64,000 bases of DNA from Squalus acanthias (Eukaryota). Below the pieces are notes generated by a model, which was given only the letters and a program-made list of their open reading frames with translations, ran no database searches and was not told where the DNA came from. A program made the translations under genes and the position numbers. Each line of letters starts with the position of its first letter. Within the stretch, counting starts at the first letter, position 1. The stretch covers positions 186,682,001 through 186,746,000 of the forward strand of contig CM059427.1 of assembly GCA_030390025.1 (NCBI GenBank), in the 5' to 3' direction. Of this stretch, positions 1 through 11,400 are shown in pieces.

Positions 1-1650
1 CAGGCGCTCCAAGAGGGTCTGGACGAACTTGTCCCTTTTCACCTCTTGGAGCTGACCCTCAGTGAGCACCGGCGCTAGTACATGGGTGGGGGTTCGCATG
101 ATCCTCCTAGTCATCACCTCATGCGGGGAATACCCGTACTTTTCGACTGACTGGCCCGGATCCCCATGAGGACTAAAGGCAGAACCTCCGCCCATTTTTG
201 GGGCGAGTTCATAGTCTCTTTCCTCAATTTCTCCTTCAGGGTCCGGTTCATGCGTTCAACAATCCCGGATGACTGGGGATTGTGCGCTACGTGCCACTTC
301 CCTTCAATGCCCAAAAGCATGAGGGTGTTCTGCATCAGCTGGCCAGTGAAATGACTCCCTTGGTCTGACTCCACGAAACGGGGGAGTCCCCACCACGAGA
401 ACACTTCCCGGACCAAGATTTTTGCAGTACCCAGCGCCGTAGCTGTTTTACAGGGGAAGGCTTCTACCCATTTGGAAAACACATCCACCAAGACAAGGCA
501 GTATTTGTAGCCTCCCTGGGTGGTGGGCAGGGTCCCGACGTAATCGATCTGTATCGACTGCCATGGTCCCTCCACCCTCCTGATGTGCCCCATGTGCACT
601 TTCCTTTTCTGGGGGTCTGGGTTGTTTGCAGCGCACACAAGACAGCTTGCACAGAACTCGCGGACCTGCTCGCTGAGTCCCGGCCACCATCCCGCCTGCT
701 CTACCCGTTGCCAGGTAACCTCGGGCCCGGGGTGCCCTGCCCCCGGCCCCTCATGAGCCAACTGGAGGAATTCCCTCCTGTGCTGCTGCGGCACAACCCA
801 CTGCTCCTCGCGGAACACCATGCCTTCTTTAACGGAGGGGGTTGCCGTACTGTACGGACCCTCTACCTGCTTGCCCTCAGCAATGGTTCTAAGAACTGCT
901 TTTAGGGCGGGATCCTGGTTCTGGACTGTCTTAAGGTCTAGGGGCAGTGCTACCCTGGTGTTCCCGGGATTCCCTTCCCTACCTTGGATCGCTGCCACGG
1001 GTCCGGGCCCATAGGGGTCCCAGAAAATGCCGTTACGGGCACCCTCCCTGGCTAGCGCATCCGCCTGCTGGTTGCCCTCCCCACGGGGCTCTGTGGAGGA
1101 GTCAGCCTTCACCTTATGGATGAAAATCTCCCCTTCCTCCCCTACTGCTGCTAGGATCTTTTCCAGCAAGGGCTTCAACGTTAAAGGTCGCCCGTCCGCG
1201 GAGGTGTATCCACGGCGGGACCAAATGGCCAGGTATTCCGTACACGAATTGCATGTGAACATACTGTCCGAACAAATCGTGTATGGGGTTGGGAAAATTT
1301 CTGGGTGGGTAACGACGTACGCCACCGCAGACAGCTCAGCCTGCTGCGCGCTCATGGTGCTGGGGAGCTTAATCGCCAGGGCAAGGTTTGCCGCAGGGTC
1401 ATAAACACCACACCCTGTGAGTCGTTCGCCAGCGGACACTGTGCTGGACCCATCAACATAAATCTCGCGACCTGTGGGATGTATCCCGGCCCGCAAACCT
1501 ATGTTGACCTTCCACACCCCTTCCACCGAACACTGGTGGGCTGTACCGGGGTATACCAAATTGGCCGCAAGCCTGGGCTCGCAAAGACCTTTAACTCTAA
1601 GATCAATCTGGGAAAGGAGAAGGGTTCAGCGCGCAATTCGAGCGCTGCTT
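1..1650 (-). pseudogene. pol: pol 3' part: RNase H and integrase (disrupted)
   Basis: ORF 114..1559 has RNase H motifs YVDGS, AQQAEL, SDS, GNQQADALA; zinc finger H..GH..CLVC; core QIDY, SDQG, IVERMN. A 1-nt frameshift near 133 shifts the frame, which then continues as YSPHEVMTRRIMRTP to the window edge. Confidence 0.92.
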
Positions 1651-3418
1651 ACGGTCCGGTCCCATCCTTAATCCTCCCATCTAGAAGCATCTTAGTTGAT
1701 GTGTGATGGGTGAGGAGAGTGATGGGAGAGAGACCTGTGAAGATCGCGGATCTTTTCACAGCCCAATGCGTGGCTAAAAGATGCCTTTCGCAATTGGAGA
1801 AACTCCTCTCCACATCCGTTAACACACTGGACGAATAGACAACCGGCCTAAGCTTGCCGTGACGCTCTTGGAGCAGCACAGCGCTCAAGCTGTCTCCACT
1901 GGCAGCTACCTCCAGGAAAAACCCCTTCCCCCCATCTATGGCCCCTAAAGCTGGCGCGGTCTGCAAATCCCTTTTTAACTTCTCGAAGGCGGCCTGGCAG
2001 CCCTCGTCCCAAGACCACTCCACTCCCTTATGGAGGAGTCGGAGCAGCGGAGCTGCTGTGGCTGCATAGTCTTCGATGAAGTCTCTGCAGTAACCGGTCA
2101 GTCCCAAAAAGGACCTCACACCCGTTATGGTGTTGGGAATCGGTAACTCTTGCACCGACTCCCTCCAAGCCTTATCTATGGCTCTTTCCCCAGCGCGAAT
2201 GGTCAGCCCCAGGAATTTTACTTCCTGCTGACCGATACGTGCTTTCTTAGAGTTAACTTTAAAACCCTTTCTCGCTAGCAGCTCCAATAACTCGGCCAGC
2301 AGTGGTCCATGCTCCTCCCTTGAGTCCGTAAATAGGAGCAAATCATCCACGTACTGCACTATCTGATTGGGCTGACTGAACTCCTTTAAACTCCCTGCCA
2401 TACACTGATGGAAAATACTGGGGCTGTTGTGGAAACCCTGTGGCAAACAGTTCCACGTGTACTGTTGTCCTTTGAAAGTAAAGGCAAACTTGTACTGGTC
2501 CTCTCGCCGCAGCGGGATGGACCAAAAACCGTTCGAGATATCCAGCACCGTGAACGTGGTCACGGATGCTGGGATACTCCCTATTAGGTCAGCAACTGCT
2601 GCTACCGTGGGCGCGCAGGCGGGGATGTTACTGTTAAGGACTCTGTAGTCCACCGTGGCCCTCCACGAATTATCCGGCTTCCTCACCGGCCATAATGGGG
2701 AGTTCACGTGTGTGGCTATCGGCCTCAACACGCCCTGCTGCACCAAGGAGGACATTGCTGTCTCCATATCGGGTTCTGCTTCTTTGGGGAAGTTATACTG
2801 CTTTTGGGGCCGGGTCATGGGGTCCCCGTCTACGCTGACCTCAAACCCGGTAACCCTCCCACAATCGTGTTTGTGGGTTGCAAACGCGTGCATATTATCT
2901 GACACGTACGTTTGCATGTCCGTTGGGACATCCGCGACCATAAGCCCGAGGTCGTAACCTCCGGATGGCTTCATGGTACACAGGGCCCCTTTACCTTCCT
3001 TCCCCGGAATCACAACTACCTTGCCTTTTCCACCCTTGGCTCCCCAGAGACAGTGATTCCTAAGGTCCACGAGGATCCTGTGCTCCGATAGGAGATCTGA
3101 TCCGAGGATACCTCTGCCACCCCCCTCTTGCCATTTCATCAGTATGCACTTCCACGTGGTGTGGAGTGCTCCTAGATGAATGGAGAGCGGAATGGAGAAC
3201 GCGCCAGCCTGCTCTTTTCCCGTGAACCCCGCTAATGTGTATGGGACCTTGGTAGACAGTGGTGAGTCAAAGGGGCTATCCGTATGAATCACGGTGCATG
3301 AAGCTCCCGTGTCCAACAAATAACTACCCTTCTGCTTCTCTACCTCCATCTCCACCAGGGGTCGTTTCCACGCATCATAGCTGAGCGGACACAGGTAGAC
3401 GGGCTGCGCGGGCTCTAG
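1649..3418 (-). pseudogene. pol: pol 5' part: aspartic protease, reverse transcriptase and RNase H-like tether
   Basis: In frame after the gag TGA. Motifs LLDTGASCTVI, GILGSDLL, NSPLWPVRKPD, LDISNGFW, LPQGFHNSP, YVDD. Broken near 1625-1660 by a GGACC 5-bp duplication and a TGG-to-TGA stop (ARW to AR*). Confidence 0.93.
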
Positions 3419-5203
3419 TCATTGGGTGCCGGTGGACGGGGCTGCGGCATCTGTGGGGCCGGTAGCGACTGCCACCCTTCCTTGCGAAATCATGAGGGTC
3501 CGCATGGCTCCCAACATTGATTCTATCGCATCGGGATGGATAGGCACACCAGCTCCCTTTTCAGAGACAGGCGCCTGGGTTCGGGCTGCGGGATTTTTAT
3601 CCCTGGACTCCTTCCAGGGGTTCCTGCAGTTCTTGCGCCAGTGCCCTGTCTTTCCGCACCCGTAACAAGCACCACTGGCTTGCGGGGCGCGATTACCCTC
3701 CTGATGCCACTCCTTTTGAGCCGGGGCTGCGGGCCGTGCCTCATGCACCTTTCCCTTAAGGGGACGCGCTCCCGTGCTCCTTGTGTTACGGTACCCTACC
3801 GTGAGTCGATTTAGGACCGACGCCTCAGTTGTGAGGGGGTTAGTGGGATCAAACCACGCTTTGGCCTGCTCCCTGACGGCTGGCAAACTGTTGGCTACTA
3901 AACATCTGAGCCAGTGAGTTAAACCGACACCGTCTATATCGGCGCGCTCTGGCGCACCTGGGCAGCTACGCTGATATACAGGCCACAGCCTGTCGGCGAA
4001 AACCTTCGGGGGTTCTCCCTCCATCTGCACTGTCTGTCCCAATCTAACGAACGGAACTTCATCGTCCGCCCCCAACACTTCCAGGACCTCGTCCCTTAAC
4101 TCCTCATAGGTATGATTTCCCCTTTTGCTCGCGTCTGAGAGACACTGTAGGATCGAGCTGTCTAATGAGAACAGCAGCATTTTTGCCTTTTCCACATCAT
4201 CACAGCCATTAATTGCTGCGGTCTGCTCTACCTCCCTGAAATGTACGGAAGGGTCGCCTGACTCAGCCAGCTTCCGTACGTGACTAATCATAGCCCTCAG
4301 CTGGTGTGAGCTGTGAGGCAACACAAGCTGGTTGAGGAGAGCCCCCTCTGCCCCATTTGCTCTGTTCGGGCCCCTCTTGTGGCCTGTGACCGGACACAAC
4401 GGTCCCGGCTTCGCCACTACCTCAGGGGGCTGTACTACCTCGGGGACCTCTTCCTCTACTTCTACCACTTCCTCCCTTACCCAGGTTGCCGAATAGCTGG
4501 GTGGCGCGGAGGGCACAGTGGCAAATACCTCCTCTGCTTTGTTTGGTAGGGATTTTTGGAATTCCCCACCCACATGCGGCTGGTGTGCTGATGGGCTGAT
4601 GAGGCACACCATGCCGTGTGCTTTATTCAGGGCCTCTCTAAGGTTCCGTATCTCTCTCTGGCAGATGCTGTGGTCGGCCCCCTCATGCTTATCTTCGAGG
4701 GCCATCTTATATGCCGCCCTAACTCCCTTCAAGCTTTCTTCTTGGGCTTTTATTTGAGCAGCTAGGCAGGCACACCGTTCCCTGATCCTACCCTCATTTA
4801 GCTTCGCCTCTGTGACCTGACACTCGAGGTAATCTAATTTAGCCTCATGGTGGTTGGCTACTAACTGGCGTTCCTGATGCAATGCATTCAAGGACGCGAT
4901 GAGCTGCTGCCCCCCCGCGACCTTTTCCTCCATCTCCACCTCCAAACCCCTGATCTGAGCTGCCTGTGCCACAATGACCTGGTCCGAAAGATTGACTTGC
5001 TTTTTATAGCACATCAGCCAGACCGCTTTCTCTACTGATTTTTTGTGTTCTTTACTGCCTGTCCATTTTATGGCTGCGTCTAGTGGACGCTTATCCATCA
5101 GCAGGTCACTTATCCATCTTTTGGTCAAATTAACCTTCCCAAATACATAATCGGCTATTCTCTCTTCCATAACATTTTGCCCATTCATACCAGGGTCTAA
5201 CAC
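3419..5203 (-). CDS. gag: Gag polyprotein: N-terminal coiled coil, capsid-like region, single CCHC zinc knuckle
   Basis: 594-aa open frame with CYGCGKTGHWRKNC, a heptad-rich N-terminal third and a PSAPPSY late-domain-like motif. The true start is probably the ATG at 5188 or 5170. Confidence 0.9.
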   Translation of the reverse strand: MLDPGMNGQNVMEERIADYVFGKVNLTKRWISDLLMDKRPLDAAIKWTGSKEHKKSVEKAVWLMCYKKQVNLSDQVIVAQAAQIRGLEVEMEEKVAGGQQLIASLNALHQERQLVANHHEAKLDYLECQVTEAKLNEGRIRERCACLAAQIKAQEESLKGVRAAYKMALEDKHEGADHSICQREIRNLREALNKAHGMVCLISPSAHQPHVGGEFQKSLPNKAEEVFATVPSAPPSYSATWVREEVVEVEEEVPEVVQPPEVVAKPGPLCPVTGHKRGPNRANGAEGALLNQLVLPHSSHQLRAMISHVRKLAESGDPSVHFREVEQTAAINGCDDVEKAKMLLFSLDSSILQCLSDASKRGNHTYEELRDEVLEVLGADDEVPFVRLGQTVQMEGEPPKVFADRLWPVYQRSCPGAPERADIDGVGLTHWLRCLVANSLPAVREQAKAWFDPTNPLTTEASVLNRLTVGYRNTRSTGARPLKGKVHEARPAAPAQKEWHQEGNRAPQASGACYGCGKTGHWRKNCRNPWKESRDKNPAARTQAPVSEKGAGVPIHPDAIESMLGAMRTLMISQGRVAVATGPTDAAAPSTGTQ

Positions 5204-5223
5204 ACTACTCTCTCGCTACCAGT

Positions 5224-5241
5224 GTCCCTTCGTGGTCGCCA
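5224..5241 (-). promoter_or_regulatory. Primer-binding site for tRNA-Arg
   Basis: The minus strand reads TGGCGACCACGAAGGGAC, 5 nt inside the LTR. From recall, this is complementary to the 3' 18 nt of vertebrate tRNA-Arg(TCG) (GTCCCTTCGTGGTCG-CCA). Confidence 0.85.
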
Positions 5242-5246
5242 TTTCC

Positions 5247-6962
5247 TGTAAGGGGTTTCCGTGCTTCTTCTAGGTGCTTATGCGGGTTTAGGCCTTATTG
5301 CTTGCTCTGGTCTCCAGCCAGCCTTGTAGCACTAGACACCTGTGAGTGGTTCGACCCACTCGCCCTTACGGTTCTGACAGTGGACTTAGGTGCGAGAGCA
5401 GTAATGCAGAGAAAACTCAGGTAGACCCGGTTGAATAGTACGAAATGGAAAACTTTATTGCATATTGTTCAAAATTACGAAATACATGTCATAAGCACAG
5501 ATGAATAACAGTACAAGCTTACATACATCTATAAAACTAGATTTAGGGAAACGAGGAGCGCACGACACATCGTAAAAGGGGACACACGTTATAATTATCC
5601 TTAATAAAAACCACCCTCCCCTATCAATGCCTGCTCTAATCTAGATCTGTAGGATCAAGAAACATGCTCACCACTCGTGATACCTCGGAGAATTCTAAAC
5701 CGGTGCTCGGTTGTTTTCGCTGCAGCACCTGACTATCCATGTGTTGACCAGGGGTCTCTGTACCCCACTTGTTTATTTGCTCTGCTCCGGCTAGCAGGCT
5801 GGATTGTCTGCTGTCATGAAGATCTGTGTTGACCTTGGACGCCCTGTAGAATTCGAAGAAGAGTCTTCCTGTACCCGACACCGGTTGTCGGTAGAATTCA
5901 AAGAAAAGTCTTCCTGTGCCCGTTCGTGCAGTAACCTATAGAGTTCAAAAATGGTCAATATATTTTCAGGCGCGGTCAGGGTTTACTGACCGTGGCGGCA
6001 CGTGGCGTCTTCTTCTTCTTCTTGTCTTGTCCTGTTTCGTCGGGCCTTCGGGTCCAGACACCGTTTACCGACCCTTGGGATGGTGCACCCGTTCACTGGC
6101 CTTTGTTGGGGCGGCTCGTCCTGTTTTGAGCTTCACCCAACATTCGATTACCGACCGGTACCGCTGGGATCAACGATGTCCAGCCCTTAGAAGAGCTCCA
6201 GCAGTCCGCAGCGGGTCTGAACAAGAGTCCGGAGAGAATCGAATCACTAGAAACCGAGCACCCGGAGGATCAGAGGAATCAGAGAATAAGAGCACTCGAT
6301 GAACAGCCAGAGGATAAGAGAAAGATGGACGTTTGTTCACTACAGTTATAGTGCTGTAATTTCTTATCTCCCGCCCAATCTTAATGTTCATCTTTTGTAA
6401 TATTTTGGCGCTCAAACTTCTTGTATGGGGTGATTCTTGTTGGTAATGGGTCTTGGTAACACTTGTAACTGGCTAAATACCCGTTAATGTTTCTCCCATT
6501 GTGGAACCGGCTAGGAGTCTCCCTGGCGGGGTTTTGGGGGCCTCCGAATTCTTGTGTAAGCACCCGAGAACGGCTCTCTCATTGTAGAGCTGTGGGGAAT
6601 TTGCGTATTGATGGCTTTGGATGGGCCTCTGATTGCCCAGTACAGTAGTCTCTTGCTTGTGCCTGGAAAACGCTTCCAGCACTTATATCTCTTGCTTTTG
6701 TGTCAAAGGCAGATCGATCGCGTCCTGTCTTTACCAATGTATGCTGAGTATTAACCGATCTTACTGAAATGTTTATTCGAACGCCATCTTGTCTGCCCAC
6801 TGAAAATTCTGGAAACTTCTGCCACGAGGCGCGGCGGCCATTTTACAGGCTTCTTGTATCCATTTTAAACATGACAGCATTTCGCTTAAATAAAGCAGTT
6901 TTAACGAATCTGTATCTCTCTCTCTCGTTATTTCGAAATCGTGATAATTTGCGAATTTTACA
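5247..6962 (-). repeat. 5' LTR of the provirus (about 1.7 kb)
   Basis: TG...CA termini, adjacent PBS, and colinear similarity along its length to 10984-12667. Minus-strand GC box (about 6370), TATAA (about 6347-6351) and AATAAA (about 5454-5459) are conserved in both copies. Confidence 0.9.
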
Positions 6963-7273
6963 AAAGTCTAGAACTAGGGGGCATAGTCTCAGGATAAGGG
7001 GTCAGCTTTATAAGACAGATGAGGAGCAATTTCTTCACTCAGAGGCTTGTGAATCTTTGGAATTCTCTACCCCAAAGGGCTGTGGATGCTGAGTTGTTGT
7101 TATATGCAAAGTTGAGATAGATAGATTTTTGGACTCTAAGGGAATCAAGGGATATGGGGATTGGACGTTAAAGTGCAGTTGAGGTCAAAGAACAGCCATG
7201 ATCTTATTGAATGGTGGAACAGACTCGAGTGGCCATATGGTCTATTCCTGCTACTAATTCTTAAGTTCTTAAG
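6963..7273 (+). mobile_element. CR1 LINE 3' fragment, adjacent to and probably interrupted by the provirus
   Basis: Encodes [12 protein letters not shown], followed by a CR1-type 3' UTR like those of the other copies in the window. Confidence 0.8.
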
Positions 7274-7800
7274 TAGGTAGGAAGTTCCAGGATTTTGACG
7301 CAGCGACAATGAAGGAACGGCAATATATGTCCAGTTAGGATGGTGTGTGACTTGGAGGGGAACTTGGAGGTGATGGTGTTCACATGCACCTTCTGCCCTT
7401 GTCCTTCTAGGTGGTGAAGGTCGCAGCTTTTGGGTGCTGCCGAAAATGCCTAGCGAGTTGTGTAGAGCGTCCTGTAGATAGGACACACTGCAGCCACGGT
7501 GCGCAAGTGGTGGAAGGCGGGAATGTTTATGGTAGTGGATATGTTGCCAATCAAGTGGACCGCTTTTCCTGGATAGTGTCGAGCTTCTTGCAAGTGGCCA
7601 GTATTCCATCACATTCCTGACTTGTGCCTTGTAGGTGGTGGAGAGGTTTTGGGGAGTCACTTGATACAGCAAATCCAGCATCTGACCTGTGCTAGTAGCC
7701 ACAGCATTTATATGGCTTGTACAGTTGAGTTTCTGGTCAATGGCGATCCCCTGAAAGTTTCTGGTGGAGGAGTTGCCGATAATAATGCCATTGAAAGCAT
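7274..7800 (-). mobile_element. Degenerate CR1-group LINE RT 3' fragment
   Basis: TYKAQVRNVMEY and PPRRTRA motifs, shared with the copies at 15090 and 28377. Confidence 0.75.
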
Positions 7801-8365
7801 GTTATTGTATAGACATTATCAATAAATGGAGCAGCAATGAATAAGAAAATGTTAATTGCTGTTAATTCATATCCTCAGTTACGTAAAATTCATAGGTTAT
7901 CTGATCAGTTTTATTTAACTATGTTGAAGTGAAAATGATGTTGTAAAAATCTTTGCAAGTGTATTTTTTGTCCATTCTTCCTATAATAGGTAATTACATT
8001 TCTCTTTTTTATTTTTATTTCAATGACTTTATTGTCAGTTGGAAAGTCTATGTGGCTGGTGGATAAGAGGTGGATTTTGCATGGTCCATCGTTTATTAGG
8101 ATGAGTAACTTTTATTAAACTTCTCACAGGAAGAGGTGGAGAAGAAGTTTATGAAGAAATTTACTGAAGACGTTTATTCTATATTTTACAGTTCCAAGTT
8201 AGAATGGGGAAATAATTTGGAAAGCTGTTTTACTTCACTTCTTTTCTTCACAGTCTGAAGTGTTAAACATATTCAGGAAATGTGCCTTGGTTTTACTTCT
8301 GGTGATATATATATATCTATATCTATATGTATATTTCTTACAGGGAAAGAGACGGAATCTGTGAA

Positions 8366-8453
8366 ATGTGGCTACGATTTTTCTGCAGCAAAATGCCAGC
8401 TGGTTTGATGTTCAGTTTCTTTGTGTTTCTACTTCCATCTGTTTTCACACAAA
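8366..8453 (+). CDS. Signal-peptide exon, [29 protein letters not shown]
   Basis: Acceptor ttcttacag ends at 8343, ATG at 8366, hydrophobic core, donor A|gtaagt at 8454 (phase 1). Confidence 0.8.
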
Positions 8454-11400
8454 GTAAGTGCCTTATTTCCACCAATCACATTCATATTGTTTTACTTTAT
8501 CATAGTGTTTACTGAATTCACACACCTAGTATTCAGCAAGCAAGGAGGGCTTTATTTTCCTGTCCCTGCTCCTTTAAACAGGGGGTACAGTTTCTGCTTT
8601 GGGCACCATCGGCGATTCTGGCGTAACATTTTTTTCTCGAGTTTCCGTTCAAACTCATTTGCATATCGGCGAAAGCAAAATCTGCCCTGAAGCAGCGCAA
8701 TTGGGCAACATTTTAAAACGTCATTTTTTTTTTAAGTTGCTTTAAAAAGTATTCCTTGATATATTTAAGAGTGGTAACTCGGTGCAGTTTGCTTAATACA
8801 GCTGGAAATGGGTTTAACAAAAAATAAGCATTTTAAATCACAGTATCGAAGCCAGCTGTGAGTAATCCGATTTTAAATTATCAAAATTTGGGGAACTGTA
8901 GTGAGTTCCTTATAAAAAATCATCATTCAAAATCATTCAACAAGATACCTATTAGTGTCCTTATGCACAAAAGTTCCAGCTTATTTGTTGGAGCCTCCTC
9001 GAAGGCCTGCAAATGAGCACAATGAGTGGAAACTCCCAATGTTGATTAATTCATCCTGGGGGCGTGGCCAGGTTTGTGGGTGGGGCCAGCTTCCAGCACG
9101 ATGGTTTTAAAAGTAACGCAAAAGATCGCGGAAACTCTAGATCTGTTGAACGCAATTTCCGCTTAAAATTCTGCGATCTTTTGCACCGTTTACGCCGATA
9201 TCGGAGAAATCGTGCCGAAAAAAGCAGCGTGATCGAGCGGAAACACCAGGCCGCTGTGTAAGTTCACTTTTCAGAGTCCAACAGTGGAACAACTTAATAA
9301 AATGAAAAATGTTAGCAGATTTCTCATTGCTCTTCAATTCCTTTTCCCGATCTATCTATTAATCTCTCTATCTGTCGATACATCTACTCTTGCATGTAGC
9401 AAACTTCCATCAGAGCATTTTCTGTTTTCTATGATGTTATATTTGATCATTCAACAGCTTAACAGATTGCATGTGGTATAGAATGGGTCAAAAGTAATAA
9501 CAATATTAAAATGTTAATAAATGTTAAAATTAGGAATTATTGAAAATCACTTTTTGTGTTCGAGGCTGTGCAACATATAAAAGTTACAGTTGGGTAAAAC
9601 ATCATTTGAAAAGGTTTGAAGGTTTGTCGCTGATCCTCACTTCGGGTCACATCTTGGTTTAGTGTCCAAAGGTGTTTAAACATCACTGTGAATACAGTGT
9701 GCACAGAGCCATTGTGGTTTTGGTAATTGTGATGTGAGCTGCTATTTAATCAAGACTTACAAACACATGGGATTTACTGCTTTCGATCACTTCCCTTATG
9801 ACAATGTAGATAGAATAATGGTTACAATGAAGATTAGTTTAGTGTTACCCCTGAAATGAAGGAAGATAATGATTCAAAGGTGGAAATGTAGTCCAGGGAA
9901 TGATAACGATGAACTATTGACTGAATGATGTGACCACTGTCACCAGAGGCCACCTGGAAGTATCCAAATGCATTAACGTTAAATTTCACCATCACAACCA
10001 CAGTTGTCACCTTTCACAGATAAGGCAAAGCACCTGGTGGAAAGAGGCTGCAAGTCAGGTTCCAAGAGCTGGTTTATCTCTGTCACGGTGTCTTATCAGA
10101 CAAGGGGGGAGGATGCAGGAACTGGCTGATCGCTGCCCACCTCAGGAAACCCCATCAAAGGACAAACGGGGTGGAGACCCGACGTAACCGTATCCTGCAT
10201 CAATTTCACTCCCCGAGCTCCACCTTGATAATTCCCCCTGCAGACCAGGAGTCGGGAGGAGATTTGGAGCCTTTATTTTCTGTAACAAGAAATTTAGCCA
10301 TGACCTCTCTTTTTATTTTGATTACTTTTTGTAATAATAATGTATGTTACATAGAATTACAAAATATTTTACAGCACAGAAACATCTCCCTCATGTGCCT
10401 ATCTATGTTCAGAAAGCTCTGGTAATAGATACACAGAATATCTACTGGAAGTGCTGTGTTTTTCCCTGTAACCGTGCCTGCAGTGAAGGTGACATGATAT
10501 AATGCATTCTCCTCACGTATTAGTGCTAAATTATTGCCTTCTCTGGACTGAACTCCTCAATGAAGGATCTTCTTGGGATTGTAATGGGAGAGGATTTCAC
10601 TCTCCCTTCTTGCCCAATTTTGGATAGATTGTGGTCGGCAGCGGCAGAAAGTGGGGATGAGGATCCGGCGGGCTGCTCCCTGCAGATTGTCGTCACTTCA
10701 CTGAATATATGGACCCAAATATGGAGAGATTTATTCAAATTGTGTGGAGAGGGCAAGTGTTATCAGATGTTACATTCACCGTCATTACTGCCATAACAAT
10801 GCTGGAACATAAGGGACAGCAGCATGTTCCCGGAATCTAGTGTTGCGTTGGCTGGTGGGAGGGGATTTCAATTTCAAACATCTATCTGAAGCAAAGCAAT
10901 TGATCATGATCAAAGCAGTTTGATCCCTCCCTCTCCCACGAGTCCTGCTGGGAGCCCACAATAATTATCGAAATTATGCTGATTGTAAGGGTTTGCGTGC
11001 GTGTCTCTCAGCCTGTGAGATTCGCGCGGCTCTGTGCAGCCTGTATGTCAGTGCGGGTTTAGGCCTTGTTGCCTGTTCTGGTCTCCAGCCAGTCTGGGAA
11101 CACTAGACACACCTGTGAGTGGTTCGAATCACTCGCCCTTACGGTTCTAGACACTGGACTTAGATGCGAGAGCAGTAATGGAGATGAAACTCATGTAGAC
11201 TCGGTTGAATGGTACGAAATGGAAAAATCTTTATTGCATAATATTTAAGATTACGAAATACATGTCATAAGCACAGATTAATGACAGTACAATCTTACAC
11301 GCAGTTATGTAGCTAATTCTAGGGAAACGAGGAACGAACGACACACCGTAAATGGGGGCACACATTACAAGTATCCTTAATACTTAAACCCTCCCCTATC

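Larger units (their letters stand above)
1..6962 (-). mobile_element. Endogenous retrovirus-like provirus (spuma/lokiretrovirus-like), 5' LTR-PBS-gag-pol; 3' part runs off the left edge of the window
   Basis: LTR bounded by TGTAA (5247) and TTACA (6962), PBS at 5224-5241, gag with CCHC knuckle, protease LLDTGA, RT motifs LDISNGFW / LPQGFHNSP / YVDD, degenerate RNase H tether followed by a second RNase H, integrase HHCC and DDE. Confidence 0.93.

Noticed and set aside
5216-5242. Short ORF MATTKGHW* over the PBS, in frame with gag, plus a partial second PBS-like TGGTAGCG
   Set aside because: The ATG arises from the PBS TGG preceded by A, and the second match is too short. Likely chance.
8040-8343. 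Promoter or 5' UTR exon with ETS-like AGGAA motifs
   Set aside because: The motifs are too short to support a call, and the acceptor at 8343 implies an upstream exon that I cannot place.
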